Shown: positions 1 to 7,863, numbered from the stretch's first letter. The stretch: 10,765 bases of DNA from a bacterium (GCA_036339875.1 JAYZAC010000038.1:1-10765); one strand, 5' to 3'. Made by a program: numbers and translations. The notes: generated from the letters alone by a model not told the origin.

Positions 1-2268
1 ATACCTTTTTCTGAGTTTCAGAAGATTTTTGATCCTCAAGTTGGAACGAGTATGATTTTTTGGCAAGAAGAGGAAGATCTTAGCCTTATTAAGCTTGATG
101 ATGTTCGTTTTGATGAGCTTCAAAGTCTTGTAAATTATGTCCTATCGGATTACAAGAATCAGATAGTGAAAACTAAAAGTGAAATGATTTTTAAGGATCC
201 TCGTTTAGTTCTGTATGAGTGGGATGCTCCAGAGGATACTGAAAATAGAATAGCTTCTGAGGTGGATTCTATTATTGATGATTCGGAATCAGAAGTATCG
301 TTGTTGGAAGTTTCTGTCCAAGTGGACGAAACTGCTCTCAATAACTCAGATGTTATTAGCTCAGACTTTGAGTTGGATCGTCCTGATAGAAGTTTAATTC
401 TACGTCAAATTTCTGACTTACAAGCAGAGTTACGTACAAATCCAATGAATAATAAAGATGATTCTTGGCTTAAATTGGGTCATTTAGAATTTACCTTAGG
501 AAATTATTTAGAGGCTATTGCTTGTTTTGAGTTAGGCATGTTTGTAATGGAGGTAGATTCTGAGTTATTAATAGAGTTCCGAAATGATCTATTTACTGCC
601 TATCAAGATTTACAGGATTGGAACGACGTTAATAAAATATCTGAGCTATTACAAATGTCTTCAGAGTATTCTTTCAGTCAGAAGGAGTTAATCTATCTAG
701 GTTATTATCTACTTGCTAATAGAGATAATTTGAGTTCGCAGCAGCTTGATTTTTTCAATAAAACTTACATCGTCGCGTTAGAAGATAATCTGCATGAATT
801 ACCTGTGGGTAGTCTTTGTGTAATTGCATTCCATGCACTGCCAAAGTCAGATAGCAACAAGTACTTATCATTGAAGATAAAAGATTATGTTCTCTATTCT
901 TTATTCAGTAAAGGTCTCTACTATGTTTCTCAATTGCCACATTTTCTAGTTGATCGTAAGTCACTTAATCTAGATGTCGAACTCATACAAGACTTCCATT
1001 CCAAATTAGATAGACATTTTAAAACTTTAAGAGATGATTCAGAGGCTCTGCGAAATACGGCAATGTTCGAATTGGTTTTTGCGGTGGGTTATGCCGGTCA
1101 AAAGAATTCTTCTATGGTTAATAATAGTCTAGAGAGAGCTAAAAAGCTTGTTAAATCATCCAATGATGTTGTTTTACATGCTCTATCTAATTGTTATGAG
1201 GAGGTAGCATTCAGAGTTCTTAATGAAGATGAAATAGGTTTAAGAAATTCTGAGTCAATACTTGATGAGCTGACACAGGCGCAACGATATAAAGCAAATC
1301 GCTTGATCGATAAGTCGATTATTCTTCAGTCTGGTCAAGTAGATGAACCCTCTGACCTAATTAATCATGATATTGTTGGTCTTCGTGATCGTTCAGATGA
1401 TGAATTGATTAATTTAATTCCTCAGAAGCTTAAAGCTATTGAAATGGAATCGAATATTCCACGTGAGAGACTTTCTTATAAACGAAAACAGCTATTTGGA
1501 GCTATTTTAGATAGTCTGCCTCGTTTGGGTGAGAATTTCACCTTTCAAATTCTTGAAGAAATTTACAGGGAATATAATGCACTAAATAGTTTAGAACATC
1601 GCGGAAGTGTATTGGGAAAAATGCTATCTCTAGCATACCTCTTCGATCGTAAAGATTGGATTGAAACATTATATAATGATTTTTTAATTCTTACCGATCA
1701 AGTGGAAACATATAGACTTAAGGCTATGACCGAACTTTTGCAGCCCGTTGTAGAGTACTTCCCCAAGATGATGCCTAATGAAGAATGTTTAGGCCTCGTA
1801 AGAAAAGTATTACTTAGTTTACAACAGGATTTGAATTCTCAAAAAATCAGGATTTTATTAGTGAGAGTTCTTGATTCAATTGATGAAGAAAAACTTTCAA
1901 AAGATCAATTAAAATTAGTTTTAGATGTTTATCTCAATAGAAAAATAGATGATCAGCAAACTAATCTTGAATTATTTCAATTTCTTCTACATAACGCTCG
2001 AAATTACACTTCTAATTTAAAAACGTGGCTGTGTGAACAGCTTTTAGGCTCTTTTGAGAAAATCAAGGATCATTTGTCAGTCAATGAGCACTTTTCTCTT
2101 TCTAAAGTCCAAGCCATGGAGTTTATGATTTATACAAATCCCAATGATGGTGAGAGTTCTCCGGAATTAAACAAGTTTATGATGGAACTCGAATTTATGT
2201 GGAAGCAACAATTTTTTAAATGGCTAAGGTCGATAGATATAGATCAACTTGAAGCCTTGGGAGCTTGA
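1..2268 (+). CDS. Large alpha-helical/TPR-like protein, 5'-truncated; probable large accessory subunit of a MoxR-vWA ternary system (fvmX7-like)
   Basis: Frame is open from base 1 (IPFSEFQKIFDPQVGTS-M...), so ATG 52 is probably internal. TPR-like segment DDSWLKLGHLEFTLGNYLEAIACFELG (~457-540) follows an acidic linker (~215-380); the rest is Leu/Glu-rich and helical-looking. Segments LDDVRFDELQSLVNYVL (94-144) and IKDHLSVNEHFSLSKVQAME (2062-2121) resemble, from memory, the large protein next to MoxR in FtsH-ternary loci. The CDS is secure; the family call is tentative. Confidence 0.6.
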   Translation: MPFSEFQKIFDPQVGTSMIFWQEEEDLSLIKLDDVRFDELQSLVNYVLSDYKNQIVKTKSEMIFKDPRLVLYEWDAPEDTENRIASEVDSIIDDSESEVSLLEVSVQVDETALNNSDVISSDFELDRPDRSLILRQISDLQAELRTNPMNNKDDSWLKLGHLEFTLGNYLEAIACFELGMFVMEVDSELLIEFRNDLFTAYQDLQDWNDVNKISELLQMSSEYSFSQKELIYLGYYLLANRDNLSSQQLDFFNKTYIVALEDNLHELPVGSLCVIAFHALPKSDSNKYLSLKIKDYVLYSLFSKGLYYVSQLPHFLVDRKSLNLDVELIQDFHSKLDRHFKTLRDDSEALRNTAMFELVFAVGYAGQKNSSMVNNSLERAKKLVKSSNDVVLHALSNCYEEVAFRVLNEDEIGLRNSESILDELTQAQRYKANRLIDKSIILQSGQVDEPSDLINHDIVGLRDRSDDELINLIPQKLKAIEMESNIPRERLSYKRKQLFGAILDSLPRLGENFTFQILEEIYREYNALNSLEHRGSVLGKMLSLAYLFDRKDWIETLYNDFLILTDQVETYRLKAMTELLQPVVEYFPKMMPNEECLGLVRKVLLSLQQDLNSQKIRILLVRVLDSIDEEKLSKDQLKLVLDVYLNRKIDDQQTNLELFQFLLHNARNYTSNLKTWLCEQLLGSFEKIKDHLSVNEHFSLSKVQAMEFMIYTNPNDGESSPELNKFMMELEFMWKQQFFKWLRSIDIDQLEALGA
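2259..2263 (+). promoter_or_regulatory. Shine-Dalgarno site for the AAA+ ATPase gene
   Basis: GGGAG at 2259-2263, 5 nt before ATG 2269, inside the last codons of the upstream CDS. Confidence 0.55.
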
Positions 2269-3234
2269 ATGTCGGATATGCATGTAAAAGATACTGCGCA
2301 AATTCTTGAAAATATACGGGAATTTAGTAATCGTTTGTCTTCACTATTTGTTGGTCGTCAAGAAGTGATAGAGGATATGGTTATTGCGGCCATTGCACAA
2401 GAACCGCTTTTATTCATTGGACCACCGGGTACTGGTAAATCAGAACTAGTGACTCAATTTAAAAAAATGTTGGATTTAGATCAGGCTCAGTATTTCGAAT
2501 ATACTTTGACAAAGTTTACAGAGCCGTCAGAGATATTAGGGCCCTTAGATTTGAAGAAGATGAAAACAGGAGAATTTTATCGTCGTACACATGGCAAACT
2601 TCCTGAGGCTTCGCTTGCATTTTTAGATGAGATATTTAAGTCTAATTCAGCCATATTAAATACTTTATTGACAATATTAAATGAGAAAAAGTTTTATCAA
2701 GATGGTAAGCCAACGTCTGTACCACTGAAAATACTATTTGCGGCTACTAATGAAATCCCTGCACTGAGTGAGTTGGACGCATTAAAGGATCGATTCACCT
2801 TAAAGGTCAAAATCAATAAGGTACCTGAAGAACAATGGGATCAATTACTACAAAAAGGCTTGGAAAATGATACTTCCAGGTATTTCAATCGTTCTCGCTA
2901 TTTAGATCAAATAGCGACATTAGATGATTTTGATACATTGTATTCTCATTTGCAGCGTAGTATGCAGGAGTTTGTCGAGACTGGAACTGATCCCTATTTC
3001 AGCAAAACGCTATATTTAGAGTTCAAGCGTATTATTAAAACGATCCTGCATGATTTTGAAGTCAGCATTAGTGACCGAAAATTGATAAAACTTTATAAGC
3101 TAGTCAGAGCTAAGGCTTTGTTCGAAAGAGGAGGAGGGGTTGAAAGAGAAGATTTCAGTATCTTAATTCATTTAGGTAACAACAGTGATGAGATCGAGTA
3201 TTTGCAGCAGCGACTCTCGGAGATCTTAATTTAA
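2269..3234 (+). CDS. MoxR-family (RavA-like) AAA+ ATPase, 321 aa
   Basis: Walker A GPPGTGKS (2419-2442); RavA-type YFEYTLTKFTEPSEILGP; Walker B AFLDEIFK (2617-2640); NSAILNTLLTILNE; sensor-1 AATNE (2740-2754); Arg finger ALKDRF (Arg at 2791); sensor-2 ISDRK (Arg at 3076). Too short to carry the C-terminal LARA region of enterobacterial RavA. Confidence 0.93.
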   Translation: MSDMHVKDTAQILENIREFSNRLSSLFVGRQEVIEDMVIAAIAQEPLLFIGPPGTGKSELVTQFKKMLDLDQAQYFEYTLTKFTEPSEILGPLDLKKMKTGEFYRRTHGKLPEASLAFLDEIFKSNSAILNTLLTILNEKKFYQDGKPTSVPLKILFAATNEIPALSELDALKDRFTLKVKINKVPEEQWDQLLQKGLENDTSRYFNRSRYLDQIATLDDFDTLYSHLQRSMQEFVETGTDPYFSKTLYLEFKRIIKTILHDFEVSISDRKLIKLYKLVRAKALFERGGGVEREDFSILIHLGNNSDEIEYLQQRLSEILI

Positions 3235-4614
3235 TTGATGATGAATGATCAGCAAATCACGATTTTAATACGCTCTAGTATCAGAACCAGTATGTATGAG
3301 TTGGGTAGCTATCGTGAAGATTTTCTAAAGACATACGTTGAACTCCTTTACAAAGGGGTTGAGCTTCCATTACCTGGAGTTGTCTTGGATTTGATCGGCA
3401 ACTTAGGGTTAGAACTTCTTCACAACAGAGATGTTCTGGACTTACCCGAAGAAGTCAGTTATCGAAATTTGTTTTTTCTGAGCTTTAAGCATAGTTCCGA
3501 TTGCTTAAGAAGTAGAGAAATGATTCCTTTCGAATCAGATTATTTTTGGGTTTTTTGTAAGCGCTTTCTCGAGATATTTTTCTCTCGGCTTGATATCTCT
3601 AGTATTCAGATTAATGCGGCTCGAATAAAAGACTTGTTACCTGAGTTAATCAAAGATGATCAAGATGAGATAGCGCGTTCTTATGTTTCGGAGGATATTG
3701 ATTGGTTTAAAATTCTTGATAGATCTGATATTGCGAGAAATTATCAATTGAAAAAACCGTTGCTCAAAGATGAAGATTTCTGGGATTTATCTCAAGTGAA
3801 ATACATTCGATCAGATTCGCTACGTTTCGCACTGAGAGAGTGCCATCAATGGCGTAACTGGTTATTATTGCATCACAGCCATGTTATGAGTCGTGTTCGT
3901 AAAGAAATCCAGTATTCAATGTCAGATATACAACAAGAAAGTGGTCAATATCCGGTTGGTGGGATTAGCGAACTGAGTAATAGGGGTAATATAGAAAACC
4001 TTTTAAGAAGTGAGCTTCTATACACTGAGGTTGACAGTGAAATTGATTTATTTGAGGTACGTTATCTGGAAAAGGAATTACTTTATTATCAACGAGATAG
4101 TAATCAAATAGATCAGTTTGAAGATGAAGTTCATATATATGTTTATCCTCGAGAGTCTTATCCTTACGTTAATGATCAACGAATTTATCCTTTTTTCTTA
4201 TACTCAATTTTATTGTTTTGGATAGAACATGCTTCTAAAATTCATTCTAGTTTACGATTTAGATTTAATCTTCATGTGCAAATTAGAAATAAACGCGAGG
4301 AGGAGTTTCTTAGAGTATTAAGAAGCTTTGCAGGTGCTTTACTGAGAATGAATCGATTAAAGTTGAGTGTAGACGAGAATTTTGAGAATAACAGTTTTCA
4401 GCATGAAGCTCGTCGCGAATTGCATGTTGGTGCTATTAAATCTAGTAGATTTAGTTTCGATTGGTATTCGGACGGCTACAGTCTCCAAATTCCAGCTAAA
4501 AATCGTAAAAAAATGGCGGCATCCCTAAACTTTAAGTTTGACGAGCGAAATACCTTGGAGGTAGTCAGTCTTTGCTTGGCTGCGTTCTTTCAAGATAGCA
4601 CTCTACTAAAATAA
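3235..4614 (+). CDS. ViaA-like / ternary-system vWA-related partner of the MoxR ATPase (degenerate vWA)
   Basis: Motif YPVGGISELSNRGNIENLLRSELLY...DLFEVRYLEKELLYYQRDSNQ (3949-4107) matches the pre-vWA signature of ViaA-like MoxR partners (ViaA pattern ~DILRLLPxEL...F.RR.VEKQLL.Y). Lies directly downstream of the ATPase. Start could be TTG 3235, ATG 3238 or ATG 3241. Confidence 0.72.
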   Translation: MMMNDQQITILIRSSIRTSMYELGSYREDFLKTYVELLYKGVELPLPGVVLDLIGNLGLELLHNRDVLDLPEEVSYRNLFFLSFKHSSDCLRSREMIPFESDYFWVFCKRFLEIFFSRLDISSIQINAARIKDLLPELIKDDQDEIARSYVSEDIDWFKILDRSDIARNYQLKKPLLKDEDFWDLSQVKYIRSDSLRFALRECHQWRNWLLLHHSHVMSRVRKEIQYSMSDIQQESGQYPVGGISELSNRGNIENLLRSELLYTEVDSEIDLFEVRYLEKELLYYQRDSNQIDQFEDEVHIYVYPRESYPYVNDQRIYPFFLYSILLFWIEHASKIHSSLRFRFNLHVQIRNKREEEFLRVLRSFAGALLRMNRLKLSVDENFENNSFQHEARRELHVGAIKSSRFSFDWYSDGYSLQIPAKNRKKMAASLNFKFDERNTLEVVSLCLAAFFQDSTLLK

Positions 4615-4634
4615 GTCTAGCAACTAAAGTTTAA

Positions 4635-6125
4635 TCAGGTTGTAGATAATCTTAGTCGGAGATTATTCAAACTCTTCAGGAGCAGCTCTGTAGGATTGCA
4701 CTGAGGGATTTGAGTTTGAACACTTATTAAATTATCAGTGCTAGCTGCATGATTTAACCAGTCGAAAGCGAGGCAAATAGCTTCATTTTCAGCAAGTCCT
4801 TTAGCTAGAAAACTGCCAATCATGCCAGCAAGGATATCGCCACTTCCGCCGCGCGCTAGTTGTACATTGGGTTGTCCCAAAATTACAGGATTATGATTAC
4901 ATCCGTAAACAACTGTATAGGCATCTTTTGCTAAAAGTGTTACACCCTTTATTTTAAGTGCATGTAGCATTTGCTCAAAGCCACCAGATTTAGATTGTTG
5001 ATATAATTTTATCAGGATTTTTAATTCGCCAGGATGAGGCGTAAGAATACACTGTCGCGGATCAGTATTTGGTTGAAGGTGTTCTTCTAGTTCGATCCAA
5101 TCATTAAACATTCTAAGGCCTTCTGCATCTAGAATAAGCGAATTCGAATGATTTTTAATCAGTTGTTTCAATTGTTTTTGGATATGGGAGTCTTGAGAGC
5201 AACCTGGACCTACGATAAGTGTTTCGGCATCAAATTTTCTGTTGAAACTGAATGACATAATATCTGGTGCTTTTGATTGTAGAATAGGTACACTGAGCTC
5301 GGGAGCTAGAATACTAACTAATCCTGATCCAACATTTCTAGCGGCTTGTGCGCAGAATAATCCAGCTCCAATTGTCCCTGGTGCAGCTCCAGCTACCACG
5401 ACTTTTCCTTGTAAACCTTTATGCGAATACTGATCATTTAATCTTGGCGGTGCAGCAGGTTTTTTAGGTGCACGCCTATACCAGCAGGAATTTTTATCAA
5501 CAATGGGAGTTATTCCAATATCTGCTATCTCGAGTTCACCAGTAGCGCGAATACCCTGAGCAAGATAATGCCCTCGTTTAGCAAATTGAAAAGTGACTGT
5601 TCTGTCAGCGATTACATGACAATGCCAGCCATTACCGGTATCGCTACAAATTCCGGACGGTATGTCTATGGAAATTATATTGGCTATTGTATTTATTTTA
5701 TTAACAACAGTCTGTAAATTCTCTCTGATTGCTTGCTTGAGACCCGTTCCTAATAGGGCGTCAATGACCCACTCAAATCTCTCTGGTACGAAGTTTTTTA
5801 TATGATTCGATTTTAAGCCAGACATGTTCATGATTTTCATGTGATGAAGTGCATCCAAGGTCTTTGGATGATCAGTTTGAAAGCATTCTACTTTGAAACC
5901 TTGGATATGAAGTTGTCTTGCGACTGCGTAACCATCTCCTCCATTGTTTCCTGTACCGCAAATGACGGCAATTTTATCCGATGGATTAATATTCGACTGA
6001 AAATTCATTCTAACTGCGTTTGCCGCTAATTCCATTAAATGAGACCCAGGTACTCCTGAGGACTCGATTGTTAGTCGGTCCTGATAATTCATTTGTTCGC
6101 TTGAAAGGACTGCAGGATAATTCAT
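4635..6125 (-). CDS. nnr: Bifunctional NAD(P)H-hydrate repair enzyme (YjeF_N epimerase NnrE + ADP-dependent dehydratase NnrD)
   Basis: Epimerase motifs LMELAA, CGTGNNGGDG, DALLGTG, IDIPSG, ADRTVTF, ADIGI. Dehydratase motifs HKGxxGKVVVAG, GSGLV, VGPG, LDAEGL, LTPHPGE, LARGGSGDILAG. 496 aa, typical length. Confidence 0.95.
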   Translation of the reverse strand: MNYPAVLSSEQMNYQDRLTIESSGVPGSHLMELAANAVRMNFQSNINPSDKIAVICGTGNNGGDGYAVARQLHIQGFKVECFQTDHPKTLDALHHMKIMNMSGLKSNHIKNFVPERFEWVIDALLGTGLKQAIRENLQTVVNKINTIANIISIDIPSGICSDTGNGWHCHVIADRTVTFQFAKRGHYLAQGIRATGELEIADIGITPIVDKNSCWYRRAPKKPAAPPRLNDQYSHKGLQGKVVVAGAAPGTIGAGLFCAQAARNVGSGLVSILAPELSVPILQSKAPDIMSFSFNRKFDAETLIVGPGCSQDSHIQKQLKQLIKNHSNSLILDAEGLRMFNDWIELEEHLQPNTDPRQCILTPHPGELKILIKLYQQSKSGGFEQMLHALKIKGVTLLAKDAYTVVYGCNHNPVILGQPNVQLARGGSGDILAGMIGSFLAKGLAENEAICLAFDWLNHAASTDNLISVQTQIPQCNPTELLLKSLNNLRLRLSTT

Positions 6126-6131
6126 GTGTAA

Positions 6132-6140
6132 ATTTTATCA
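6132..6140 (-). promoter_or_regulatory. Extended -10 promoter element for nnr (likely leaderless)
   Basis: Minus strand reads TGA-TAAAAT-TTACAC-ATG: a TGn extension plus a 5/6 match to TATAAT, 6 nt before the start codon, with no SD in between. Confidence 0.6.
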
Positions 6141-6186
6141 AATGATCCATTCTAGGTAGTAGTTTTCACTTTCAAACGGCATCAAA

Positions 6187-6195
6187 TGCTACAAT
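6187..6195 (+). promoter_or_regulatory. Extended -10 promoter element for the radical SAM gene (likely leaderless)
   Basis: TGC-TACAAT-GGGCCC-ATG: a TGn extension plus a 5/6 match to TATAAT, 6 nt before ATG 6202, with no SD. Confidence 0.6.
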
Positions 6196-6201
6196 GGGCC
6201 C

Positions 6202-7617
6202 ATGTTTGAAGCACGACAACCTAGTCTACTTTTGTGTATGGCTCCAAGTTGGGGGGTGGAAATGCCTCCTATTTCTATTGCAACCCTCGTCAGAGCTTTA
6301 AGAGACCAAGGGGTCAAGGTAGATGGTCGAGACTTAAACATTGAGTGTTATCATAAACTTCCACAGAAGGCTGATTTTTTCTGGGATAAGTCGAACTTAC
6401 ATTATTGGGTTAATCCTAAACTTTTTGCAGAGAACCTTTTTGACCCACTTGATAGTTTATTTGATGATTTGGCTGATGAATTGGCTTATGGTCAGTGGGA
6501 TGTTATTGGATTTACTGTGATTTCAAGTAATGTCATATTTATCAATCATCTTATTCATAGAATAAAGCTCCGACAACCAGACAAAATTATTATTGTTGGT
6601 GGCCCCTGTCTATCTTTCAAGGAAGAGAGAGCACGTTTGTGCGACGAGATAGATTATTTTGTTGCAGGTGAAGGGGAAGATAGCCTAGCAGAGTTCATGC
6701 AGTATATTCAGGGTAATCTTCGAGATTTACCAATGTCTATTTATCCATCCAGAAATTGTGATCTAGATTTACCGTTTAGAGAGTGTAAAGATCTCACTCA
6801 ATTCGGTATTCCAGATTATTCTATATTCCCGCTTAGTCTATATACGCTGGATGCTTTACCACTAATCTTTACTCGTTCCTGCTTATTTAAATGTAGGTTT
6901 TGTGCTGATCATAAGAGTATGGGCAAATTTCGCAAACTTAATGAAAGTCAAATGTATGCAATGTTTAGCGAGTTTTACGAACTAGGTTACAGAAAATTCT
7001 GGTTGAACGATCTACTAATAAACGGAATTATGAAAGAATTGGTTTCGGTATTTCGTAGACTTCAGACTGAGGATAAATATTTTGAATGGATTGCGCTGGC
7101 TACTCCAAATCGTCAATTGCAGCCGCAAGACCTTGCCCTATTAAAGGAATGTGGCCTGCAGACTCTTAACTTAGGAATTGAGTCTGGTTCTGATACGGTA
7201 ATGCGATTAATGCGTAAAGGTTTCAATCGAGAACAGGCAGAATTAGGTTTGCAAAGGATTTTCGAGGCGGGCATAAATACGCAACTCAACATAATTGTCG
7301 GCTTTCCGGGTGAAACGGACGAATTATTTGAAGAGACATTGGAATTTCTAGAAAATAACAAACATCGGATTTGTGGTTTTACTTCTGTAAACAGTTGTGT
7401 ACTTCTACCAGGGTCCGAAGTAGCATCGAATCCTGAGAAGTTTGGCATTGACTTTCCAGAGGGGGCTGATCGTCAAACTGAATGGAGAATACCGGGCGAA
7501 AATACGAAGGATATAAGAAATCAAAGATTAAAAAAAGTTCTTGATTGGATAGATTCCAATGGCTACAACATGTATTCTTCAAATAAGGCTAGTACCATCT
7601 ATTCAAAACAAGATTAG
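6202..7617 (+). CDS. Cobalamin (B12)-binding-domain radical SAM protein (class B methyltransferase-like), substrate unknown
   Basis: N-terminal MPPISIATL...VIGFTV...IIVGGP...VAGEGE is typical of the B12-binding Rossmann domain. CxxxCxxC motif CLFKCRFC (Cys at 6880, 6892, 6901). LGIESGS...LMRKG and NIIVGFPGET are rSAM barrel motifs. Confidence 0.9.
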   Translation: MFEARQPSLLLCMAPSWGVEMPPISIATLVRALRDQGVKVDGRDLNIECYHKLPQKADFFWDKSNLHYWVNPKLFAENLFDPLDSLFDDLADELAYGQWDVIGFTVISSNVIFINHLIHRIKLRQPDKIIIVGGPCLSFKEERARLCDEIDYFVAGEGEDSLAEFMQYIQGNLRDLPMSIYPSRNCDLDLPFRECKDLTQFGIPDYSIFPLSLYTLDALPLIFTRSCLFKCRFCADHKSMGKFRKLNESQMYAMFSEFYELGYRKFWLNDLLINGIMKELVSVFRRLQTEDKYFEWIALATPNRQLQPQDLALLKECGLQTLNLGIESGSDTVMRLMRKGFNREQAELGLQRIFEAGINTQLNIIVGFPGETDELFEETLEFLENNKHRICGFTSVNSCVLLPGSEVASNPEKFGIDFPEGADRQTEWRIPGENTKDIRNQRLKKVLDWIDSNGYNMYSSNKASTIYSKQD

Positions 7618-7685
7618 TAAACAATAGCGATTCTTTCAAGTCTTCCATCTTAGCCTCAGGAAAACCGTAATTAGATTTCATGTAG

Positions 7686-7713
7686 TTGACAGCTACTGTT
7701 AAATTCCTAAACT
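7686..7713 (+). promoter_or_regulatory. Putative sigma70-type promoter for the large secreted protein
   Basis: Perfect TTGACA (7686-7691), 16-nt spacer, TAAACT (7708-7713), about 150 nt upstream of ATG 7864. Confidence 0.5.
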
Positions 7714-7863
7714 TATTACAAGTATTTTAGGCTTTTTAAGGCTGATATACCTGTGAAAATTCAGATCAAGAATTGATTAAAGTGAAACTTCATGGGCGAG
7801 ACCGCGTAATAAGTAGTATGTCGTCCCACAAAGGTTCATTGGCTAGAGAACTGGTTCAATTGT

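Noticed and set aside
159..341. 60-aa minus-strand ORF from the track
   Set aside because: Antisense shadow of ORF1 with no recognisable motif.
2266..2268. TGA recoding (genetic code 4/25 or selenocysteine) fusing ORF1 to the ATPase
   Set aside because: No long ORF here contains an internal TGA, nnr ends at TGA at its normal length, Trp is encoded by TGG, and the ATPase has its own SD.
2269..4614. Naming the pair ravA/viaA
   Set aside because: The ATPase lacks the RavA C-terminal LARA region and the partner lacks a MIDAS motif; they are related but not demonstrably orthologous.
5242..6029. Plus-strand ORFs 5242-5433 and 5841-6029
   Set aside because: Both lie wholly antisense to the well-supported nnr gene, are short and have non-ATG starts.
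7113..7582. Minus-strand ORFs 7113-7448 and 7379-7582 (Cys-containing, considered as rSAM precursor peptides)
   Set aside because: Antisense to the conserved radical SAM domain, with no independent expression signals.
7720..7863. Riboswitch or ncRNA in the ~145-nt leader (possible TGGGCGA 7793-7799 / TCGTCCCA 7821-7828 pairing)
   Set aside because: Only one weak bulged stem; I could not match cobalamin, SAM or c-di-GMP riboswitch consensus by eye. An Infernal/Rfam scan would settle it.
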